From positions 126,184-190,183 of the IMG/VR virus record IMGVR_UViG_3300025122_000005: a stretch of DNA of 64,000 nt. The stretch is one strand, 5' to 3'. Under the pieces are notes generated by a model that saw nothing but the letters and a program-made list of their open reading frames with translations, did not search any database and was not told the origin of the DNA. A program made the translations under genes and the position numbers. The stretch is from a virus. Positions 11,601-20,628 of the stretch are shown here, piece after piece. The first letter of the stretch is position 1, and the number at the start of each line of letters is the position of its first letter.

Positions 11601-14600
11601 ATCACTTCTTTTCAATAGAGAAGAGCATGTATCAGGCGATTTCAGAAGAAATGCTGGATATGTTCGCAACAATTAAAGATTTTAGCAATCTTATTGGAGA
11701 CCCTGTAAACCGCTACCGGCCGAATTATAAGGCGATGGAAAAGCTTCGAAGCTTATTTTTCGAGAGGGTTGAGAATACTCCAAGCATAGAAAAGTATATT
11801 GAATTTTATAAGTGGATAGATGCTTCTATCTCGCAAGTATTGGACCAATTAAAACCGGCAAGTGCCAACTTTTCAGAAGATGTCCGAACGATGATAGAGA
11901 GTCACGTACTTGAAAGGAACAAATATTGGACAAAATTTCCAACACTTGAAGGGAAGCAAGCGGAACCAGAACCAGGACAAGTGAAATCAGTTGGTGAGAT
12001 GTTGTATAATTGGCGATACGGTCACGCGCCATTGCCGTCAGCCACCGGCCCGGTTGCAGCCACCGCAACAATAACCATCACGGCGTACACCGAACTCAAC
12101 GCCGGGGACAAGGTAAACTTGGTTGCTGCTGATGGCACTAGTTATGATTTTGAACAAGGCGACCAAAGTTCTGTCAACGGCACATTTGAAGCTACTACAT
12201 CAAACGAGCAAACAGCAACTAACCTGATGAATGTTATTAACACTTCATCGGGACCAGCAGGGGCAAGGTTTACTGCCACCGTTGATGGAGCAGTTGTAAC
12301 TGTAACCCAGGCAACACCAGGCTCCGCGGGCAACACGAGCGTTACTTTGACAGATAGTGGTACTGCTGGCATGACTAAAGCAAATTTTACTGGCGGCACA
12401 GATAATAATAGGTCTGAAACCGAAAACTGCCTTTGGTGGAGTGAGCGCGCAAGCAGGAAGGACGCACCTCTTACTACCGGTATCGCTGCAACCGATGCAG
12501 AAAGAGAAACGCTTAGAAGGGTCGCAATTGCAGATGTTTCAGGATCAACATATGCTTTAAGAAGATTAGCAAAGCCATATAGATTTAAATTAGAGTTGCA
12601 GCCCGTGCTTCATGGCGGTGATAATTTTCACCTAAATAAGAAAAAGGATCTTTATCTTGGAACCTCGAATCCTGGTGCGTTGGATTTCATCCGTATCAGT
12701 GGTTCCGATGTGACCTTCGCCGGGGGAGAGTGTACTGACGTTTATAATCCAAGAATAAATCTTGGAGCACCATATTCAACTACAACTACAGGCGAAGCAG
12801 GCGGCGGCACTGTCATCGAAAAGAAGAAGGCGTTTGCAAAAGCAGATATTAGTAACACAAATTCTGACCACGATCTTAGTACAATAGCACCGTTTAGTCT
12901 CTATAGCAGTTCTATAGACGATCCTAAAGATTACAAGGCAGAGATTTATGATAATTTCAAGAAGGGTGTGGATATAACGAATCTTCATTCGGATGCTTAT
13001 GGGGATGATAGGGAGATCCCAATTCAGTCTCCTTTTACGGAACATTGGGTAGGGGGTCACTCCCATAGGCATCAACATTTAAACATGATGCGTCCGAAGA
13101 TACCGCAAGCAGACCCAGGATTGCAAAACATCACAATGAGTCTAGACCACGCTGGACGCAGGTTCGAGGGATTCAATCTTACAATGTCTCAGGGACAACT
13201 ATATGTTACCTCCCCAAACTTGTATGCCTTGAATCATGAGCCACCAGGAACATTTAATGTTTCTCTTACTTCTAGTACACACAACAGGTCGAGAATTCTG
13301 AGGGATCCACTAGCAAAGAGACCGGTCAATATAAGAAATATAAAGACAACAGCCAGTGAATATGCAAAAGACACAACGCTAAACATCGGCAATTATAAGC
13401 ATGAATATGAAATAGTCCAAGGAACGTCGGTAGAGATGAATCCCGTGTTTCTTGTTCGAACAGCTTCAACTGAACCAGTGGAGAACACAAGCAACTCTCC
13501 ATTCTTTGTTGAGATAAACGAGAGAAGAAAGTTTGAGAGACCAACAAGAAAGAACGTATTCGTTAACAGGTTTTCTGCTCCTGGTGGGCCCGAGACTGCT
13601 GGTGATAGTTTGGGTGGACCAGGTCTTGATATAGCGACAAATCAATATTCTGTTTATAATTCACTAAACTATAGAAACATGATGCCGAGAATGGCACTGG
13701 ACGAGTGGTCAATGGACAGGGCAGGCAAGTTTGGACATGCTAGTAACAGTTCAATAACCGCCTCTAGTCCGACCGCATCGTATCACAAGGTTTATCACAA
13801 CCCTCGATACGTCGCTACTGCAAGTTGGGAATCCGGAGTGGAATGCAGAATAAAACACGACAACCAGTTTGTGCAACATCAGATACCTCAGAGTGATCTA
13901 GGGTATGCTTGGATAAAGAATTCTACAACAGAGACTACCTGCAGTTATGCAAGACTAGAATCTAAGTTTACATACCCAAAAGCACAATCGGATCAGACGG
14001 TTTACGAAACCAATGAAGCAAACGCCGTCGATTTTGACTCTCCAGGGTTTGTTTCTGCAAGTGACATGGGCTTTGGTCATTATGGTGCTAACGGCAGGGT
14101 CCTCACTACTCGACCTGATGTCCTTGGTGGAGGCTCATCGCTGGTGGGATTCGAGCCAGTAGATTTTGCTGGATTAAATTTTATAGTTGTCGAGCCGATA
14201 TCTTCAAGCTATAATCTGCTTGGATATGATGATGTGAGTGTTAAATCTGTTGGCGGTGTTTATTCGAGAGTAAATTATTTAGCAGCCCGAGATGACGGCG
14301 CACGTTTTCGCTCTAATGTAGCGCACGGCACGCTGTCGCCAGATGTGTTTAAGTGGGACGCACATCTCTTAAATGCGATCTTGTCAAACAGAAACGGTCC
14401 ATACGGTTATCCTTCTTGGAAGCAACTGAGAGCAGGGCAGCATCCAGTTGCTAGAAAGCTTCGAAGGGACAACATAATGGCACCTATTGTGGAAAGGGAT
14501 AACGCACTAGTAAACTCATTCTCGCCTGCTTATTTTACTAGAGGTGATTATTCTTGGCCAGATAATATAGACCACCAGAGAGCAAGAACAAGCAGGACAA

Positions 14601-17600
14601 TTAGTGCTCAAAGATATCGCTTTACAGAATCTGCAGTAACATCAAAATTCGGACCCCTCAAAACAACAATGATAGGCAAGTCTGTAGCTGGACTAGCCAA
14701 TTCGTATGGGTCCTGGAGGGACGCTCATTCTGCTGGTGGTACCCAAATTTCTGTAGGGGGAAAGGTTACGCACGGAAACGATTTAGTCACTTTTTCAAAC
14801 CCGGAACTGGTAAACTTTTTACAAATAGACGAAAAAGCATCAGCCACTCCGTTGAGAGATAAAATTGGAGCGGACATTATTCAGACATTATATTCCGAAA
14901 CAATATATCCGAGAGATTCCAATTCTTATTCAAACAGAGTTAGAGGAAGAGAAAATTTTATCATTGACTGGTGGAAGCCAAAGAGAGCGGACAGGCAAAC
15001 TATAGATAAGCACAACTCTCAGGGATTGCACATTGGATTAACTAGCAGTATGTGGCCACTCGATGCACAAACAAATTTTGGAACATCTAACGAAATAGCT
15101 CTGGGCACAGACATCCCGGGAGCCTTCGGAGAAGGTGAATTAATGTCTTCTTATTGTTTGTTTCGTTCAGGTGGAGTTGGCTTAGGTGCATATCCAACCG
15201 CTTCAGCCATGTATGCTAGAAAGTTTCCAGAAGAAAATTATATATTTAATTTAACATTTAATACGACAGTTACAGAAAAATACTGGGGCGGCGCAAGCGA
15301 CGGCGATCATACATCATATTACATACAGTTTTATCCTCCTGAAGCCTCTGCCGTGGTGCATTATATATATTTTTGTAGGACTGCCGAGACTGCAAGCGTA
15401 AACAATGCGGCTGACATCGTCGTCGGAGCTAACAAAATATGGATCCCCCTTTCGGAAAGTAGCTATACAACAACTACACTCGCATCAGCTGTCAAAGATG
15501 GGCTTAATAGTAATTCTATATTTAAAAAAGTTGCAAAAGCAGAATCAAGCACCAATAAACTTAGTCTACATTTTAAGGGCACTTGGGACAATTCTTATGT
15601 CGGCGGTGATTATTTGGCGGATGAATATTCTGACTCCACCATCGATGGTCAAATCATGATCGGCTACCTCGACACGAGCCCCGTTTTTCTATCGGCGTCC
15701 TCCAATACTAGCACTTATTTGGCTGGTGCAGCAAAGTGGGAAGCTGGTGAGATGGCAGGACGCGATCCTTTTAATTATAAGGATTATGATGATTACGCGA
15801 TGCAGATGAGATTAATTGGAAAAGATTATTCTATAGTTCCTGAATATAGAATTAGTGAGGAAATGCCAAACTATATTGGTAGAGCCGCAGCGGATCCCTA
15901 TTTTTCATGCCCACAGGCAGATTTTTTGCAGATGACCGGAGCACTGGATGATTTTGCTGATAGTAGTAAATCAGATTTTTTCAAAGTCTACGGACATAGT
16001 GACTTTATAAAATACTTTGACATTGTGAAGGAAGGGCATAAAGAACTGGCAATGTCAGAGAACAGTCTAACTCTCAGGTGTAAAGCGATGAAAAAGTTTC
16101 TTCCATATGAAGGAATATATCCAGCACAGAGAACTTTGCAGTTAGCAACTATGTTTAGTGAATCATACGGTCCACAAACTAATGTTGCGGTTGAAAAATT
16201 CGGGCAGACGAAGGGAGGATACGAGCCTTATGGAAGTTGGAGAACAGCTTTACAACCTTTTTACGCTCCAGGAATCGCCTACAATTCTATAAAATCTGGC
16301 ATTGCTGTTGATTATCCTGTCTTTACTCCCAACAGAGATAGAAAGTTTAATTTGTTTTGTACGACATTCGACAAACAAGACAACAATCATATTAATATAG
16401 GACAAGCCAGCGAATGGGCGCAGCTTATATCTGGAAGTCATGGTAAAAATTCATCCGCTGCCAATTCCGGATTAAGTATATCGATGTGGGTTTATTTTGA
16501 TGAAGATCCTGATGCAGACGGCAACACTGATACTTCCGGAAGCTTGTTGGTATTCAAGGATGATGATAATGCTACAGAGGGTATTCATTTTACAAAACAT
16601 GGCGGCCGCCTGATGCTATCGATGTACACCGATGCATCAAATTATAAAAAGTGGTGGACAAAGCCATATAAGTCCTTAACAACTGCAGATAAATGGTACC
16701 ATGTCGCCGTCGCAAAGAAATTTGATACATCTACACCAGATTTTTATATCGACGGCGAACAAATCGAAACTCAAGGGGCTGCTACCGCTGCGGGAATAAC
16801 TGGCACCGCCGGGAGTTTAACGGAAACGTCCGTTAACATGGACGGTCATAGCACAACAGCAACCGGAAATTGTACCATAGGAAATCACAGATATGGGCAC
16901 ACCAACACTAATCATGCTCTCAACGCAATGGAAGTTGCTATTTCTGAAGTCAGTATTTTCAATACAAAGTTGACGGACGAGTCTGTTAGAGGACTCTTCG
17001 GCGGCGGCGTCAGGCAGCGTGGACCCTGGCGACCAGATTTGTGTGTGGAACAGCCTCATGTGGATAACTTAATAGGGTGGTTCCGAATGGGAAACGACAC
17101 TGGTTATGTCATGGCTGGAACTTCTGGTTCTATAACAATGACAAACAATCTTGGATTAAATAATCATGCTATGCCTCTGTACAGGAAGACTCTTGTCGGC
17201 GGCGGCAAAGGTTCTTTGGCTGGAGTCGAGACCACGACTAAGGGCAAATTTGTAGGATTTACAGATGCTTGGTCAGCTGGTGCCCAAACTGGATATGGAA
17301 TTACATTGTTGGGAGAAAACGGCGTAGACACAAACATGGAACTAACAGGGGCTTTTCAATATCCTTCCTACATCACTGGTTCCGCGTTTAACGAAACATC
17401 TGATTTCGGCATACCACGCATCGGTTCTGCCAGCTGGGGGGAACATCAGGCGAAAGGAGCAGACCCAGAGTTGGCGGAAGCAACGTCTTATTGGACTCAG
17501 GGAGATTATGGAAGAAATTTTGGTACATGGGGCGTCCAACGTGTTGAAAGACTTCCGTTTGAGGTAATTATTGATCCAACCCGCTTGGTCACAAATACAG

Positions 17601-19669
17601 TTAAAAATATTGGCACAGCCAGAAATGTTGCAAGATTAGACGAGAGGTTCACCTTTTACGAAATGGAGCCACACCCAAGTGCCAGTTTACAGCCATGCTC
17701 ATTCTTGAGAAGTAGGTCATCTGGATCGGCAGATACTGGTGCTCGACACCTACCCCATCTTTCAACTGTGGTTCCGGAAACATACTGGGGGGCGACACAC
17801 CAAACACCGATAACCTCTTCTATGTTGACCGCTAGTTTTAGTTTGTCGAGAATGCGGGTCTTGAGTGACACGACATACTCGAAGGCAGCTAACAATTTTT
17901 TTGCTGAAAGTTCAAGATTCTTTTTGGAGGGGGGACATACTACAACTATCGCATCCGAAGATACGTTACAGACTGCTGTAGATCCGAGTAAAACATACAA
18001 GTTCCGATTGAGGTTAAATCGTCCCAATACGCAGGACTTTCCGATGTATAATCGTGCGGCTGCATTTGGACCACCAATCAACGCAGGACCTGGTGATCAT
18101 GGATTGAATCGGTCACAGAACTACGTAGGTCATGGATTCGCCCCGTATACTCCACCTCATTATGACAATTATGCAGAGGTTGAATATATATTCAATCCGT
18201 CCGTTGGCGTCTCATATGAGACCATAGAAGATGTTCTTAACAGGATAACCGAACAAAATAGTTTGGGCACCGCAACCATTAACTATAATAGGTATATTCA
18301 GGGTACTGGTTCAAAAAATAATTTTGGAATCTCAGGAATTACAAATAGTGATTATGTGTCGGGTCCAGGCACCAGTACTGATTTTCAAAGTATCAATGCC
18401 GCGACTGCATCTTTAAATAAAACACATGCGATGCAATTATCTGCTAGTTTTTATGGTATGGATTTGGCACAAGGAAGCCTGGTTCCAATATTTGAGGGAA
18501 CAGAAAGAGATGCGGACATTCTTCGAAAATCGTGGGTTATACAGAGTAAGTGGGAAACCCCAAATATGGATTTCCGTCAGACCACTCCTACAATAGCAAA
18601 GCCTCATTATATAACCACTGCGAAAGGGATGTGGCACCAAACAGGAGCGTATGATGATCCCAGTTCGTTTATAGAAATTATGCCACCAATTGATGGGTCT
18701 GAAGATTTGTCAAGTTTATTAGGTGTTCATTTTAGAAAAGGTGAGCGAAAAATAAAGGAGCAAAGAGCCCTTTCTATCGGACAATTGCCAGAAGAGCGTA
18801 AAGTATCGGAAGCGGTTGTTGCGATTCCGTTTGTGGAAGATGAGAGTGGCAACAGAAAGTTCTTTAACATTCCAAAGAACGAGGTATATAAGGCTGTCCA
18901 GAACGAGGGGTATCCAAATTACAAGAAAGCGTATATTGATACTGTTGAGGGACGAAGACTTAGACACGGTCGCGGTCGTAACAAGGGGACAACCACAGAA
19001 GTCGTGGCAAACCCCATATCATCCCGGACAAGTATTCAAACAATGGTAGGAAAGATGCTTAAATATGTTATTCCTCCAAAAATGAATTTCTTAAAATATA
19101 ACAATGAGGAAGAAAAATTTGTGCACCCATTTGCAATGTACATCTTTGAATTTGAGCATACTTTGTCTAAGTCGGATTTGGCGTATATGTGGCAGAATCT
19201 CCCGCCAGATGTTGCATTGAACGACTTTCATAACAATGATGATGATACACTGCAAGCAGAATCTGTAGTTTCTCATGATTTGGGAGGCGCAACAGATCTC
19301 TTAGGTGGCAGCTTTAACAAAAATGTAAAATGGATGGTATTCAAAGTTAAACAAAGAGCTGAAACAAACTATTTTAAGAAGATATCACGAGACAAACTAC
19401 CGGTCGGTCACCCTGAAAGGGAGTTATCCGTTGAAAACGATATTTTTGAATATGGATACAACTGGCCTTATGATTATTTCTCGTTGGTTGAACTAGTTAA
19501 AATTGATGCTGGAGTGTCTTTTGCGAAGGATAGGGACATAGTAGAACCCTTAACACCGGAACAGGCAGAACAAACCGCAAGAGCTGTTGCTGGATTGGTG
19601 CCACAAGAGAACGAAGAAGGGGAACAAGAGGTCGACTTCAAGAATTTGTTCCCAAAAGAGGATGAATAA
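8603..19669 (+). CDS. Giant (3688 aa) baseplate wedge/receptor-binding protein with gp7/P2 gpI-like segment and LamG (concanavalin-like) domains
   Basis: IYNNLIHIYKSKGTEKAFRNLLRCYG is gpI/gp7-like. LamG signatures: TVEFWLK...WHHYAF...IDEFRFW...GVYYKFNEG and ISMWVY...WYHVAV...ISEVSIFN...IGWFRMG. Lies two genes downstream of gp6. Confidence 0.75.
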   Translation: MSLKNLFSKISSKHILPESSVNDLLEDIESGRYIDEYIKRKARFLPHIDYATASNFARFGLAEEYYDSAARRIYQTYPYDGSSYEKIKWINNSNGLDLYVFDNEYPRTHGHARFSPTGWGSRTSLSGNYGNPATKEYIYIKGGPNVDNIWHTASNRTSNLEIDGNKGNTVEFWLKKSAFQTLTKREVVFDAWTTGSVPSGHQYGRLTIELDRTRPQEDSPWVVTYQSASSGVKNLYVSGTAGLYASASDGEWHHYAFSFQNTGSQVNFRLHVDGDLNHSVLTGSSIGNLNTAIVANIGALVAAKDSDPQPRLGPSTTTNPGLGFGKLSGSIDEFRFWKAKRSSKDIGRYWFTQVHGGTNTDDPNTDLGVYYKFNEGITLTSSIDQIALDYSGRISNGSWTGYSSDSRSTKSAMIQSSASLTEFAEPIIHTENPKVNEYLDDILEKGRNYDINNNSSIYKSVPGWILEEDDEGELKQLTQIMGAYFDELFMQIQSLSKLKHVKSENYSKKPLPFMDKVLRSMGFETPEIFIDADVLASLASRDEEKEFEQRLEDVKNVIYQNIYNNLIHIYKSKGTEKAFRNLLRCYGIDEEVIKINVYADGVDYPVEQNYRVGSFKTRCINFNRPANFSSTIYQYSSSLHHSGKSSEFPVSGYITGAHANDSAVGLSFTTEAEVVFPIRHRAGTVLHFDTPISSSLFGAHTVLDSHGDTHDLTWKAAAKDFANFEVYAVKDREDSRHAKFVVKSTSGIVAPVETGIYYDVYDGNKWNFAVRVAPKGTFGNTISGSTNSYNLELFGVKTDAGEVKEEFLLTSSLTNAQGQRFHQYSKRLYAGAHRRNFTGSTIDLSDVQLSSLRHWMSYLDNETIRSHALDPKSYGVPHPMRNAYTFMPGLDNPVPTIETLALDWGFNTVTGSTKGGQLIIRDFSSGSLKNKRDYGWIGDVISSNHPGRGNFFPSETTASVSVAYLQTARQQILENVHSSDMIRVLTRDDTTYTRESRPVNHFFSIEKSMYQAISEEMLDMFATIKDFSNLIGDPVNRYRPNYKAMEKLRSLFFERVENTPSIEKYIEFYKWIDASISQVLDQLKPASANFSEDVRTMIESHVLERNKYWTKFPTLEGKQAEPEPGQVKSVGEMLYNWRYGHAPLPSATGPVAATATITITAYTELNAGDKVNLVAADGTSYDFEQGDQSSVNGTFEATTSNEQTATNLMNVINTSSGPAGARFTATVDGAVVTVTQATPGSAGNTSVTLTDSGTAGMTKANFTGGTDNNRSETENCLWWSERASRKDAPLTTGIAATDAERETLRRVAIADVSGSTYALRRLAKPYRFKLELQPVLHGGDNFHLNKKKDLYLGTSNPGALDFIRISGSDVTFAGGECTDVYNPRINLGAPYSTTTTGEAGGGTVIEKKKAFAKADISNTNSDHDLSTIAPFSLYSSSIDDPKDYKAEIYDNFKKGVDITNLHSDAYGDDREIPIQSPFTEHWVGGHSHRHQHLNMMRPKIPQADPGLQNITMSLDHAGRRFEGFNLTMSQGQLYVTSPNLYALNHEPPGTFNVSLTSSTHNRSRILRDPLAKRPVNIRNIKTTASEYAKDTTLNIGNYKHEYEIVQGTSVEMNPVFLVRTASTEPVENTSNSPFFVEINERRKFERPTRKNVFVNRFSAPGGPETAGDSLGGPGLDIATNQYSVYNSLNYRNMMPRMALDEWSMDRAGKFGHASNSSITASSPTASYHKVYHNPRYVATASWESGVECRIKHDNQFVQHQIPQSDLGYAWIKNSTTETTCSYARLESKFTYPKAQSDQTVYETNEANAVDFDSPGFVSASDMGFGHYGANGRVLTTRPDVLGGGSSLVGFEPVDFAGLNFIVVEPISSSYNLLGYDDVSVKSVGGVYSRVNYLAARDDGARFRSNVAHGTLSPDVFKWDAHLLNAILSNRNGPYGYPSWKQLRAGQHPVARKLRRDNIMAPIVERDNALVNSFSPAYFTRGDYSWPDNIDHQRARTSRTISAQRYRFTESAVTSKFGPLKTTMIGKSVAGLANSYGSWRDAHSAGGTQISVGGKVTHGNDLVTFSNPELVNFLQIDEKASATPLRDKIGADIIQTLYSETIYPRDSNSYSNRVRGRENFIIDWWKPKRADRQTIDKHNSQGLHIGLTSSMWPLDAQTNFGTSNEIALGTDIPGAFGEGELMSSYCLFRSGGVGLGAYPTASAMYARKFPEENYIFNLTFNTTVTEKYWGGASDGDHTSYYIQFYPPEASAVVHYIYFCRTAETASVNNAADIVVGANKIWIPLSESSYTTTTLASAVKDGLNSNSIFKKVAKAESSTNKLSLHFKGTWDNSYVGGDYLADEYSDSTIDGQIMIGYLDTSPVFLSASSNTSTYLAGAAKWEAGEMAGRDPFNYKDYDDYAMQMRLIGKDYSIVPEYRISEEMPNYIGRAAADPYFSCPQADFLQMTGALDDFADSSKSDFFKVYGHSDFIKYFDIVKEGHKELAMSENSLTLRCKAMKKFLPYEGIYPAQRTLQLATMFSESYGPQTNVAVEKFGQTKGGYEPYGSWRTALQPFYAPGIAYNSIKSGIAVDYPVFTPNRDRKFNLFCTTFDKQDNNHINIGQASEWAQLISGSHGKNSSAANSGLSISMWVYFDEDPDADGNTDTSGSLLVFKDDDNATEGIHFTKHGGRLMLSMYTDASNYKKWWTKPYKSLTTADKWYHVAVAKKFDTSTPDFYIDGEQIETQGAATAAGITGTAGSLTETSVNMDGHSTTATGNCTIGNHRYGHTNTNHALNAMEVAISEVSIFNTKLTDESVRGLFGGGVRQRGPWRPDLCVEQPHVDNLIGWFRMGNDTGYVMAGTSGSITMTNNLGLNNHAMPLYRKTLVGGGKGSLAGVETTTKGKFVGFTDAWSAGAQTGYGITLLGENGVDTNMELTGAFQYPSYITGSAFNETSDFGIPRIGSASWGEHQAKGADPELAEATSYWTQGDYGRNFGTWGVQRVERLPFEVIIDPTRLVTNTVKNIGTARNVARLDERFTFYEMEPHPSASLQPCSFLRSRSSGSADTGARHLPHLSTVVPETYWGATHQTPITSSMLTASFSLSRMRVLSDTTYSKAANNFFAESSRFFLEGGHTTTIASEDTLQTAVDPSKTYKFRLRLNRPNTQDFPMYNRAAAFGPPINAGPGDHGLNRSQNYVGHGFAPYTPPHYDNYAEVEYIFNPSVGVSYETIEDVLNRITEQNSLGTATINYNRYIQGTGSKNNFGISGITNSDYVSGPGTSTDFQSINAATASLNKTHAMQLSASFYGMDLAQGSLVPIFEGTERDADILRKSWVIQSKWETPNMDFRQTTPTIAKPHYITTAKGMWHQTGAYDDPSSFIEIMPPIDGSEDLSSLLGVHFRKGERKIKEQRALSIGQLPEERKVSEAVVAIPFVEDESGNRKFFNIPKNEVYKAVQNEGYPNYKKAYIDTVEGRRLRHGRGRNKGTTTEVVANPISSRTSIQTMVGKMLKYVIPPKMNFLKYNNEEEKFVHPFAMYIFEFEHTLSKSDLAYMWQNLPPDVALNDFHNNDDDTLQAESVVSHDLGGATDLLGGSFNKNVKWMVFKVKQRAETNYFKKISRDKLPVGHPERELSVENDIFEYGYNWPYDYFSLVELVKIDAGVSFAKDRDIVEPLTPEQAEQTARAVAGLVPQENEEGEQEVDFKNLFPKEDE

Positions 19670-20628
19670 TGTCGTTTTTCAATAAAAAAGAAGAAGTGAT
19701 GGAGGTTCAGCTTACTCAATACGGGAAGTATCTTCTTTCTAAGGGGCGATTTAAGCCAGAATTCTATGCCTTCTCAGATGACGAGGTTCTTTATGATGCG
19801 TCTTACGGAGAGAATGTGAATGAAACCGCAAAAACATCGTTTGAGAGGATACAGAACGACACAGTAAGGATGAGACCCTTGTACGAACACGAGGGAGCGG
19901 AAACTCGTGTCACCAGAACAAACAAGCATATTATGTTGGCAAATCTTTTTCGAAACATAGGAGCATCCCAAAAGAGGGTCGCTGGTAATCTTTATGGGAA
20001 AGACTATGTCAACGACACCGCAATGGTTCCGGATGATAGGAAGTTGATGAGAAACATCCTAGGGAATTCAGAGGTGGGCAACAAATACGCTCCTGCATGG
20101 TGCGTTTATAGCTTGAATGATCAAGAATTTGAGAGCCCGATACAATTAAGCTCTTCTGGTCCCAACATAGGAATGAGAAGACCACAGATAAACTTGATTG
20201 TTGATTATAACATGGAGGCTGAAAAGGTAGAAGTCGGAGATACCATAACAATGAATGAATACTTTGAGCAGGACGGTATGGGTCAAGTTCTAGGATTTGT
20301 TGACGGATATGAATTAACTATTGATACTGAGAGTATCACTTTAGAAGTATTAGAAAAGAATGTTTCCACTTCTGATGATAAATTCGATGTTGAATTTTTT
20401 TTGGTTGAGGATGAGGAAGAGTTTCTAGAAGGAACAACAACGGTAAAGGAAGAAAAACTTTTATCATTAAAGGTGGATGCCAACTTTGATTCAACCATGA
20501 GAGACGAGTTATCGACATATGTAGAGGTTTTGTTTGATGAGCATGCTGGGCTGGGCATACCAGAAGATTTTGAAGGAGAAACTTTTTATGGACACATCGG
20601 AATAGAAGACGAGCAGGTGTGTGACTAA
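19669..20628 (+). CDS. Virion structural protein (paralog of 27787..28800)
   Basis: N-terminal LTQYGKYLLSKGRFKPEFYAFSDDEVLY matches LTDTGRFRMARGDFKITKFALGDDEVDY. Stop/start overlaps on both sides. Confidence 0.7.
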   Translation: MSFFNKKEEVMEVQLTQYGKYLLSKGRFKPEFYAFSDDEVLYDASYGENVNETAKTSFERIQNDTVRMRPLYEHEGAETRVTRTNKHIMLANLFRNIGASQKRVAGNLYGKDYVNDTAMVPDDRKLMRNILGNSEVGNKYAPAWCVYSLNDQEFESPIQLSSSGPNIGMRRPQINLIVDYNMEAEKVEVGDTITMNEYFEQDGMGQVLGFVDGYELTIDTESITLEVLEKNVSTSDDKFDVEFFLVEDEEEFLEGTTTVKEEKLLSLKVDANFDSTMRDELSTYVEVLFDEHAGLGIPEDFEGETFYGHIGIEDEQVCD

